A stretch of 64,000 nt of DNA. It comes from Candidatus Poribacteria bacterium. GTDB taxonomy: Bacteria > Poribacteria > WGA-4E > WGA-3G. Positions 38,440 through 47,079 of this stretch are shown piece by piece. Every line of letters begins with the position of its first letter. The stretch's first letter is position 1. The notes under the pieces were generated by a model. It searched no databases and was not told the origin of the DNA. It was given only the letters and a program-made list of their open reading frames with translations. The position numbers and the translations under genes were made by a program. Where the stretch lies: positions 2,016,001 through 2,080,000 of the forward strand of contig OZ251518.1 in NCBI GenBank assembly GCA_965242965.1, given 5' to 3'.

Positions 38440-40557
38440 ATGAACATTTTTAAACACATCAGTCTCCTGTCCTGCATCGCTTTTATCATCGGATGCGGGG
38501 TGCCGAACAACCCATACCCGAAAGCCGAACAGGCACAGGAAATCTATTACAGCACGTTCAGCGAAGAGCCGAAACACTTCGACCCGGCCGTATCCTACAG
38601 CTCGGACGAATATCGGTTTATTCAGCAGATTTACGAACCGCCGCTGCAATACCACTACCTGAAACGGCCTTATGAACTCATGCCGTTAACGGCAGAATCG
38701 GTGCCGATACCGCGCTATTTTGATGCCGATGGACGCGCCTTGCCAACCGATGCCCCGGCTGATTCGGTTGCACGCGCCGTTTATGAAATTCGCATCCGAC
38801 CGGGGATAATGTATCAGCCGCACCCCTGTTTCGCGAAGGATGAAAACGGCGAACGGCTCTATCACAACGTCACGAAAGCGGACGTGAAGGGTTTCACCGA
38901 GATCAAAGATTTCCCGAGGACAGGCACGCGCGAACTCATCGCGGCGGATTATGTCTACCAACTCTTGCGCATGGCAGACCCGAGCGTCTCCTGTCCCATC
39001 TTCAGCACGTTAGAGGACTATATCCTCGGCATGGAGGCGTATTCCGATGCGTTGAAGCAAAACGTTAGCGACACGCCGTTCCCCGGTGTGGAAATCGTCG
39101 ACAGGTATACCTATCGGGTTATCCTCAAAACCAAGTATCCGCAGTTCGTCTATTGGCTGGCGATGCCGTTCTTCTCGCCGATGCCGAAAGAGGCAGTCAA
39201 TTTCTATAACCAGCCTGCGCTGAAGGAACGGAACATCACCCTTGACAGGTTTCCTGTCGGCACGGGCCCTTATCGCATTGAGACGCTTGTGCCATACAAA
39301 GAGATTATCCTCGTGAAAAACGAGAATTTTCGGGTGGAACGGTATCCCTCCAGCGGCGCGCCCGGCGACAGGGAAGCGGGCTTGCTGGACGATGCCTGGC
39401 ACATCGTCCCGTTTATGCCAAAGGTTGTCTACAAATTAGAGAAGGAGTATATCCCGCGCTGGAACAAATTCCTGCAGGGATATTACGATAGTGCCGGCAT
39501 CTCATCGGATACGTTTGATAGTGCCATCGCCTTTGACGATACCGGTGACCCGAGGGCGAGCGACTTGCTGCAAGCGAAGAACATCGTTTTGCGCACGAGT
39601 GTTAGCCCGACGACGATTTACCTCGGCTTCAACATGCAGGACGATGTCGTCGGCGGTTATACGGCGGATAAACAGAAACTGCGTCAAGCCATCTCAATTG
39701 CGTTGAATTACGAAGAATACATTGAAATCTTTTTGAATGGGCGCGGCGTGATTTCGCAGAGCCCCATCCCACCCGGCATCTTCGGTTACGAAGAGGGAGA
39801 AATCGGCATTAACCCGTATGTCTACAATTGGGATGCCCAGACTGGATTGCCCGTGCGGAAATCGTTGGAGGCGGCGCGTCAACTCCTCGCGGAAGCCGGT
39901 TATCCCGATGGCCTGGACAAAGACGGCAATCCGCTCGTCGTCCATTTTGATAACGCGTGGACATCTGCCGGTGCGACACCGCGCTTGGCGTGGATGCGCC
40001 GCCAGTTCGAGAAAATCGGCATCACGATGGAAAACCGCACCACCGATTACAACCGATTTCGCGACAAGGTGCAGAACGCGAACTTCCAAGTCATTTCGTG
40101 GGGATGGCGCGCGGACTACCCCGATGCAGAGAACTTCATGTTCCTCCTCTACGGGCCGAACGGGAGAGCGACATTCGGCGGCGAAAACACGGCGAACTAT
40201 GATAACCCCCAATACAATCGGCTGTTTGAACAGATGAAAAACATGGAGAATTCGCCGGAACGGCTGGAAATCATCCGACAGATGAAACGGGTGCTGCAAC
40301 AGGATGCGCCGTGGGTGTTTACCTATCATCCCGTCTCTTTTGGGCTTTCGCATCAGTGGGTGAAAAACAGCAAACCGAGTCCGTTAGGTGGAAATACGCT
40401 CAAATATCTCCGCGTGGATGCATCGTTGCGCGCACAAAACCGAGCGGCGTGGAATCAGCCGCTGACCTGGCCGCTGTGGGCATTTTTCGGCGTGCTCCTC
40501 CTCGGCACTATTCCAGCGGTAATCACCGTGTGGAAACGAGAACGCGGGACACATTAA
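38440..40557 (+). CDS. Peptide ABC transporter substrate-binding lipoprotein (family 5) with C-terminal TM
   Basis: Lipobox IIGC, PKHFDPA, PVGTGPY, LRQAIS.A, W.ADYPDAENF. Confidence 0.9.
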   Translation: MNIFKHISLLSCIAFIIGCGVPNNPYPKAEQAQEIYYSTFSEEPKHFDPAVSYSSDEYRFIQQIYEPPLQYHYLKRPYELMPLTAESVPIPRYFDADGRALPTDAPADSVARAVYEIRIRPGIMYQPHPCFAKDENGERLYHNVTKADVKGFTEIKDFPRTGTRELIAADYVYQLLRMADPSVSCPIFSTLEDYILGMEAYSDALKQNVSDTPFPGVEIVDRYTYRVILKTKYPQFVYWLAMPFFSPMPKEAVNFYNQPALKERNITLDRFPVGTGPYRIETLVPYKEIILVKNENFRVERYPSSGAPGDREAGLLDDAWHIVPFMPKVVYKLEKEYIPRWNKFLQGYYDSAGISSDTFDSAIAFDDTGDPRASDLLQAKNIVLRTSVSPTTIYLGFNMQDDVVGGYTADKQKLRQAISIALNYEEYIEIFLNGRGVISQSPIPPGIFGYEEGEIGINPYVYNWDAQTGLPVRKSLEAARQLLAEAGYPDGLDKDGNPLVVHFDNAWTSAGATPRLAWMRRQFEKIGITMENRTTDYNRFRDKVQNANFQVISWGWRADYPDAENFMFLLYGPNGRATFGGENTANYDNPQYNRLFEQMKNMENSPERLEIIRQMKRVLQQDAPWVFTYHPVSFGLSHQWVKNSKPSPLGGNTLKYLRVDASLRAQNRAAWNQPLTWPLWAFFGVLLLGTIPAVITVWKRERGTH

Positions 40558-40560
40558 CCG

Positions 40561-41541
40561 ATGCTTGCCTACATTATACGGCGAATCCTTTACGCCATTC
40601 CCATCCTCATCGGTGTGAACATCATCGTCTTCGTGCTGTTCTTCGTCGTCAATTCGCCCGATAGCATGGCGCGTTCCATCCTCGGCGAGAAAAATATCAC
40701 GCAAGAAGATGTGGACAATTGGAAACGCAAAAACGGATACCATCTGCCGCTGTTTTTCAATATCGAGGCGACTGGGACTGCAATAGTCACGCAGACAGTC
40801 TTCTTCCAAAAGTCAGCGAAACTGTTCGTCTTTGACTTCGGCGTATCGGATACGAACAACATTGACATCACCTCGCAAATCGGGGAACGCATGTGGGCGA
40901 GTTTGACTATTGCCGTGCCGACGTTCCTGCTCGGACTGCTCGTCAATATCACTACCTCAATGATAGTCGCCTACTATCGCGGCACCTACGTCGATTTTTG
41001 GGGGACAATCCTCGCTGTGATTATCATGTCCGTTTCGCAACTTTTCTATATTATCGGTGGGCAGTGGTTGTTCGGCAAGGTATTCCGTCTCTTCCCGATT
41101 TCGGGATACGATTCGGGGGTGGAACTCCTCAAGTTCGTGATTCTGCCGGTGGTTATCGGTATTATCAGCGGCATCGGCGGAGGCATCCGTTTTTACCGGA
41201 CGATTTTTCTTGAGGAAGTGAACCGCGACTATGTCCGCACGGCGCGTGCCAAAGGGCTGAGCGAGGGAATTGTCCTCTTCAAGCATGCCCTCAAAAACGC
41301 CATGATTCCGATTCTGACGAACGTCGTCATCGCGATACCGCTCCTCTTCACGGGTAGTTTGGTGATGGAGGCATTTTTCGCGATTCCGGGGTTGGGCAGT
41401 TTCACAATTGAGGCGATTTATGCGCAAGACTTCGCCATCGTCCGAAGCATGGTGTATCTCGGGTCGGTGCTGTATATTGCCGGTCTGCTGATGACAGACA
41501 TTAGTTATACCCTCGTCGATCCGCGCATCCGATTTGCATGA
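40561..41541 (+). CDS. Peptide ABC transporter permease (DppB/OppB-like)
   Basis: MLAYIIRR, DYVRTARAKGL, F.IPGLG, DPRIR. Confidence 0.92.
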   Translation: MLAYIIRRILYAIPILIGVNIIVFVLFFVVNSPDSMARSILGEKNITQEDVDNWKRKNGYHLPLFFNIEATGTAIVTQTVFFQKSAKLFVFDFGVSDTNNIDITSQIGERMWASLTIAVPTFLLGLLVNITTSMIVAYYRGTYVDFWGTILAVIIMSVSQLFYIIGGQWLFGKVFRLFPISGYDSGVELLKFVILPVVIGIISGIGGGIRFYRTIFLEEVNRDYVRTARAKGLSEGIVLFKHALKNAMIPILTNVVIAIPLLFTGSLVMEAFFAIPGLGSFTIEAIYAQDFAIVRSMVYLGSVLYIAGLLMTDISYTLVDPRIRFA

Positions 41542-41544
41542 TTG

Positions 41545-42209
41545 AGATCGGGCCCAACTCTGTAGTTCGGGAGGCATCGGGCCCACCTCTGTAGTTCGGG
41601 AGCACCTGCTCCCGAACGGTTCAGGAGCAGGCGCTCCTGAACTACAGGGCCTGGCGCGCGAACGCTGGCGAGGGGAACCCGCTCGCCAGCGCGTGTGGCA
41701 TGCGAGGGCCCACGCCCTACGGGGAAGGGGACGGCGTTTTTAACCGTAGCGCGGGGGCCTGTCCCCCGCGATCGCAGCATGGCGAGGGACAGGTTTTCCC
41801 ACAGCCCTACGTGAAGGGACGGCGTTTTTTTCACCGCAGCGTGGGGGCCTGTCCCCCGCGAGTTTCCGGTAGACCGCAGCACGGCGAGGGACAGGCCCTC
41901 GCCCTATGTGAAGGAGACCGTTTTTTACCGTAGCGCGGGGGCCTGTCCCCCGCGATCGCAGCATAAGGGGCGGCGTTTTTTTATCGTAGCGCGGGGGCCT
42001 GTCCCCCGCGATCGTTCGACCTGCGCGAAAATCGTCCATCGACCAAGGCCATTTCCCTTCCGATCGAGGCATGGCGAGGGACAGGCCCTCGCCCTACGTG
42101 AAGGGACGGCGTTTTTTCACCGTAGCGCGGGGCCCTCGGATGCCACACGCGCATCTGAGCGGGTTTCCCCCGCGATCGCTGCACGGCGAGGGACAGGCCC
42201 TCGCCCTAC
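41545..42209. repeat. Mosaic REP-like array
   Basis: GTAGTTCGGGAGC...CTCCTGAACTAC doublet plus alternating inverted REP pairs. Confidence 0.9.
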
Positions 42210-42254
42210 GTGAAACGAGAACGTTTATCAAACGCTTTGCGCCAGAATAAAAAT

Positions 42255-42692
42255 ATGATAGCAGAAAAAAGAAGTTACCAAATCATCCAAGGTGTCACCA
42301 GCCTCGGTTTAGGCGGGCTCAGCATCGTTTTATCGATGACGCTTCAGCGTTCTGGACATCGTCCGGAGCTGCTGTCCCTGTTCCTTGTCATCGGCGTGAC
42401 GATGATTTTCACGGGTGACTACCTGATTAATCTATTCAAAATGCCGGTAACGCCGGCGAAGCAGGAAATCGCGAGCGATGTCGGTTTCATCGCTTATGGC
42501 GCGTTTTATATCGGCATCGCCATGTCGCGGCTCCTACAGTTTAACCTATCGCATCTCAATCCATCGTTCTTCCTACAACCGCTCTGGATTCGGCGCGGCG
42601 TGGCCGGTATCGGGATTATCCTTATCGCCGGGGGCATTCAGGGACTGTGGTTATTGTGGAGACAAACGAAGCAAGAAGAGGCATCTGAGTAA
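42255..42692 (+). CDS. Hypothetical 4-TM membrane protein
   Basis: Four hydrophobic segments; start uncertain. Confidence 0.65.
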   Translation: MIAEKRSYQIIQGVTSLGLGGLSIVLSMTLQRSGHRPELLSLFLVIGVTMIFTGDYLINLFKMPVTPAKQEIASDVGFIAYGAFYIGIAMSRLLQFNLSHLNPSFFLQPLWIRRGVAGIGIILIAGGIQGLWLLWRQTKQEEASE

Positions 42693-42740
42693 ACAAAAGG
42701 ACGGATCTAGCAATCCGTCCTTTATGCCGACAGAGTGTCA

Positions 42741-43046
42741 TCATCGTGCAATAATTACGGCGTAACGGAGCGGCGTTTCGCCCACATTCCGAATCCCGTG
42801 CAAGACGCGGCAATCGACGTGAATAGCCTGATTATCGGTGAGCCGGTGCGTCTGTTCGCCGAAAAGCACTTCGCCTTCTCCAGAGAAGACGTAGAAAATC
42901 TCCTGTCCGTCGTGCTGATGCGGCGGATGCGCCCGCGTGCCAGGGTCCACCTCAGAGATGTGGAGATGCAGTTGTTCCGGGTCTGCCCCCTTTTGAAAGA
43001 TAAACCGATCAATGCCTTTGACATCGGTTCTGACTGTTTCAGTCAT
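42741..43046 (-). CDS. Cupin domain protein
   Basis: PG...HPPHQH..QEIFYVFSGEG...HGIRNVG; GGAGG RBS. Confidence 0.88.
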   Translation of the reverse strand: MTETVRTDVKGIDRFIFQKGADPEQLHLHISEVDPGTRAHPPHQHDGQEIFYVFSGEGEVLFGEQTHRLTDNQAIHVDCRVLHGIRNVGETPLRYAVIIAR

Positions 43047-43109
43047 AAGAAATCCCTCCCTAGTTTTTTTGCTTAATTTAGCAGGTATTTGGGAATTTGT
43101 CAATTCGTT

Positions 43110-43625
43110 TCTCGATGCCTTCCCGGTAGGAGAGCCCTCGGGTCTCGATGTTCCCGTAGCGCGGGGGACAGGCCCCCGCGAGGCTCAAGAACCGTTTTTT
43201 TCACCGCAGCGCGGGGGCCTGTCCCCCGCGAGGGCTCAAGAACCGTTTTTTTTAGCGTAGCGCGGGGGCCTGTCCCCCGCGAGCTCTCTCGTGCACCAGG
43301 GCACGGCGAGGGACAGGCCCTCGCCCTACGGTGACAGGACGGCGTTTTTTTCACCGCAGCGCGGGGGCCTGTCCCCCGCGAGGGCTCAAGAACCGTTTTT
43401 TTTAGCGTAGCGCGGGGGCCTGTCCCCCGCGATCTCCATCGTCACGATGTGTATTTCTCCCACTGTAGTTTGTGATCGCCTGATCACAAACAGGTCAGGA
43501 TCAGGCGATCCTGACCTACAGAGGTGGGCCCAATGCGCTCCGGTAGGAGGGACATCCCTGTCCCGATATGAAACACATCGAGACCAGGAGGTCTCTCCTA
43601 CGGGGAAAACGCTTGCAGCGAGACC
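43110..43625. repeat. Mosaic REP-like array (left direct repeat of the DUF499/DUF1156 cassette)
   Basis: Same unit order and linkers as 49838-50274. Confidence 0.9.
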
Positions 43626-43645
43626 GGGAAGGCTCTCCTACGGGG

Positions 43646-46138
43646 CTACACCTCCTCAACCACAATCCCCAACGCGCGCAGACTCTCCAACAACTCTTCG
43701 TAAGCCTCCTGCGAGATTTGACCGGATGAGGCCCGCAACTCTAACTGCACACTCGTTCCTAACGCGTTGAGAGACTGCGCGACATTGCTCATCTTTCCCT
43801 GAGGCAACGTAAAACGGATGCCGATAGGTGGACTTGGAACTGGCGTTGGAGTCGGCTTTGGCACTGGCGCGGGTTCCGGCACAGGCCTTACATCTGGTTC
43901 AACGAGCTGCCCTGTGCAAAGCGAAGGTTGAATAATTACCTCGTTATCGCCAAGCGTGACTTCTGCAGCTTCTTGCATGAAAGCGCGCGTGAGGAACTCA
44001 CCTCCCACTCTCTCACCGATGCCAAATTGCCCCTGCGCCACGCCTTGGCGGATACCCGTTATCCACGCCTCGCGAAGCACGCGCTGCTCACCCGGTGTGC
44101 GGAGACTGGAGGAATGGAGCTGCGCCGTTGATACCGTATCGTTATCCTTCAGATAACGGTGGGCGATGTTCTTCGGCCCGATGCTGGTCAAGATTTCCCC
44201 CTTCATACAGAGCATCTCGTAAACTTTCTCATCCAGCCGTGTGTTCATCCCAATCGCGGGGAGCCCGAGGTCTTCCTCACGAAAGCCGTCTCGTGTCGGA
44301 ATTAAGAGGGTGCGATAATCTTGGCACACCGCATCGGTGAGCGCGCTCGCAGCTTGCCGCAATTGCGTCTTTACCTCCTTTTGTTGCTCATCGGATAAAT
44401 TCAGGGAGTTATCGTCCCTAATTGCCTCATAAGCGAGGACGCGCTTCACTTCAGTCTGCAGCTTCCCCGCGCTTCCGGCAAAAGGCACGAGGAAAAAGAG
44501 CGTGTTGCGATAGGTGCGCGGGGTTTCGCCGCGCATCTCCAGCAGGTTTCTGCAGAACGCATCGTCCCGTTGCGACAGCACAATGAGTTTCAGGTCTGGG
44601 GTATCCGCGATGTCCATTCCATTTCGCGGAGAAATGAACGTCTTCATCTTGGCACCGGGTTTAGTGGAGAAACTCCGTTTAATCTGTGCCTCGGCACGCG
44701 ATGCGACTTCGGCATCGTCCAGATTTTCCATCCGAATCTGCAAAATCCGCGTTAAGTTGGGTTGCGTGTCAAAATAAGCCTTCCCATTTTCGGTGCGCAG
44801 ATAAGAGAGATGCGCTCCCAACTGCGCCATCGCCGAATCGATGACAGAGGCAGTATCGGGAAGACGCGCCGCACTCCGCTTCACCTGTTCCAAACTCGCG
44901 CCGCGCTTCTGTCCACCCGTGAAAGAGTAGAGAAAGACTGCTGTCGCCGCCCGCGTGCCCAGTCGCAAATGCCTTAACGTATCACCCAGTGCTTCATCCG
45001 CCACCTTCGCGCCTGCATCCGCCGCGGTAATGTCGTTTGAGATGATGCTGCTAAACACGTTGCCAGCGTGCCTTAAGAGCTCCCCGCGGATGTCGGCATC
45101 GCGCAAGTCAAAATCGGCGAGGGAGATGTAGGGCAGATGTTTGCCGCGGCACCGATGCACGACTCGCGAGAGGAGCCGCAGCACGCCGCGCGTCCGCTGA
45201 AAATTCGGGAAACTCCCCCACCGATGATACAACACATCGATGACCTCGGGTTGAAACGGATAACTTGCGATAAACCGTTCGCGATATTCGGATTTTTGCT
45301 GGCCGGGCGGCAGTATGGATTCGCTGTCGGCATAATTCGCGAAGTCGCGGGCAATCCGCTTCGCGACACCGAGGTCAACTTCGGAGAACAATCGGCTACG
45401 AATGATGTTGGCAATTTCGGAGTCGTCCACCGGCGTTCCAACGCGCGCCATTCTATCCAGCAGCTTTTTAAACTCATTCGACAAGGCTGTCGCGCCGTAA
45501 TCCTCGTTCGCACCCGATTGCCGCGTCGCTATCAAGGCGACGTTGTTGCAGGAACGCACCGCCTCCATCAAGTTATGAACAAACCGCAGTGCCTGTTTTG
45601 CCAACGTGCTTCTGCCAATGTCAACCGCCTCGGCTGCCGCGAGATAATTCAGCACCTCGTCCATTAAAATCACGACAGGTTTTCCAACGCCGGTGAGGCG
45701 TTCGGCAATCTTCTCACTCCCCGGTGCCCGATGCCCGTGAAAGTGTTGCATCTCGCCGATTAACTGCGTTTCCAATGCGCCCCAGAGCGTCTGCTCGGCT
45801 TCCATGCCGGTGCCGACGAGGACTACCGGCTTCGCTTTCCACTCGTTCGCTTTGTGGAACAGCGTGATGAGCGTGTGGGTTTTCCCACCACCGAACGGGG
45901 TTTGCAACTGAATGACAGCATCGCCGCCGCGGCCTTTCACTCGGCGTTCTACCCCATGGAGCAGCTGCTTCAACCCCCCGGTCATGTAAGTTTTCTGGAA
46001 AAACCGCTTGGCGTGTCGGTATTCAACGGGTCCTTCGTCTTTTGCCACGTCGCCGAGGTTTGCGGCGTAGGTATCCAAAGTGAAATTGCCGCGTAAAATA
46101 TCGTTGTGCGGCATGGCGATTGTCTCAAATCCTGCCAT
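43646..46138 (-). CDS. DUF499-family AAA+ ATPase
   Basis: PH.DI..G, FF.KTYMT, QLQTPFGGGKTH, ILMDE, YPFQP, FQRTRGVLRLL; AGGAG before ATG 46138. Confidence 0.9.
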   Translation of the reverse strand: MAGFETIAMPHNDILRGNFTLDTYAANLGDVAKDEGPVEYRHAKRFFQKTYMTGGLKQLLHGVERRVKGRGGDAVIQLQTPFGGGKTHTLITLFHKANEWKAKPVVLVGTGMEAEQTLWGALETQLIGEMQHFHGHRAPGSEKIAERLTGVGKPVVILMDEVLNYLAAAEAVDIGRSTLAKQALRFVHNLMEAVRSCNNVALIATRQSGANEDYGATALSNEFKKLLDRMARVGTPVDDSEIANIIRSRLFSEVDLGVAKRIARDFANYADSESILPPGQQKSEYRERFIASYPFQPEVIDVLYHRWGSFPNFQRTRGVLRLLSRVVHRCRGKHLPYISLADFDLRDADIRGELLRHAGNVFSSIISNDITAADAGAKVADEALGDTLRHLRLGTRAATAVFLYSFTGGQKRGASLEQVKRSAARLPDTASVIDSAMAQLGAHLSYLRTENGKAYFDTQPNLTRILQIRMENLDDAEVASRAEAQIKRSFSTKPGAKMKTFISPRNGMDIADTPDLKLIVLSQRDDAFCRNLLEMRGETPRTYRNTLFFLVPFAGSAGKLQTEVKRVLAYEAIRDDNSLNLSDEQQKEVKTQLRQAASALTDAVCQDYRTLLIPTRDGFREEDLGLPAIGMNTRLDEKVYEMLCMKGEILTSIGPKNIAHRYLKDNDTVSTAQLHSSSLRTPGEQRVLREAWITGIRQGVAQGQFGIGERVGGEFLTRAFMQEAAEVTLGDNEVIIQPSLCTGQLVEPDVRPVPEPAPVPKPTPTPVPSPPIGIRFTLPQGKMSNVAQSLNALGTSVQLELRASSGQISQEAYEELLESLRALGIVVEEV

Positions 46139-46185
46139 GGGCGTGTTCTCCTTATAGATTTTCATATGCTAGCGTTCCTGCAATA

Positions 46186-47079
46186 CCGTAGGAGAGACCT
46201 CCCGGTCTCGATTTCCCGGTAGGAGAGACCTCCTGGTCTCGATTTTTCCCGTAGCGCGGGGGCCTGTCCCCCGCGAGCGTTAGATTGCGCCGACGATGGC
46301 GAGGGACAGGCCCTCGCCCTACGATGACAGGGACCGTTTTTTACCGTAGCGCGGGGGCCTGTCCCCCGCGAGCACCGATGAAGGGGGTGACGTTTTTTTT
46401 CGTAGCGCGGGGGCCTGTCCTCCGCGAGCGTTAGATTGCGCCGACGATGGCGAGGGACAGGCCCTCGCCCTACGATGAGGGACAGGCGTTTTTTTCACCG
46501 TAGCGCGGGGGCCTGTCCCCCGCGATCTCGGATGAAGGGAGTGGCGTTTTTTTCCCGTAGCGCGGGGGCCTGTCCCCCGCGAGCGCACCCGCGAAAAACA
46601 TCTCTTCAGGTCCTTTAGGTCCTGCATGTCTATAGTATCCCGCCGACAGAGAAGAGCCCTAAGGTCCTTTAGGTCCTTAATAGGCACCGGACACATCGCA
46701 GCAGAAAAGATTAAGGTCCTACGGACCTTGAGGACTTGGCGGGCTCCGCGTGCTATAGACATTAAGGTCCTACGGACCTAAGAGGCGTTTTTTATCGTAG
46801 CGCGCGTTGGATTGCGCCGACGATGGCGAGGGACAGGCCCTCGCCCTACGGTAACGAGGAAACAGCCTTGCAAACCGTAGCGCGGGGGCCTGTCCCCCGC
46901 GATCACACGCGTACCCGAAAGCACGGCGAGGGACAGGCCCTCGCCCTACGGTGACGAGGGGCTTTCTGCCGCCCTATTGCATCGAGACCGGGAGGTCTCT
47001 CCTACCGGCAATTCCCCGTTTTTTCAACGGCGCGCGGGAGCCTGGCACCGCGACGTTGAACCATTTATGAAACCCCCTC
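46186..47079. repeat. Large mosaic REP-like array separating DUF1156 and DUF499
   Basis: Many inverted REP pairs; ends in TATGAAACCCCCTC overlapping the DUF1156 stop codon. Confidence 0.92.
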
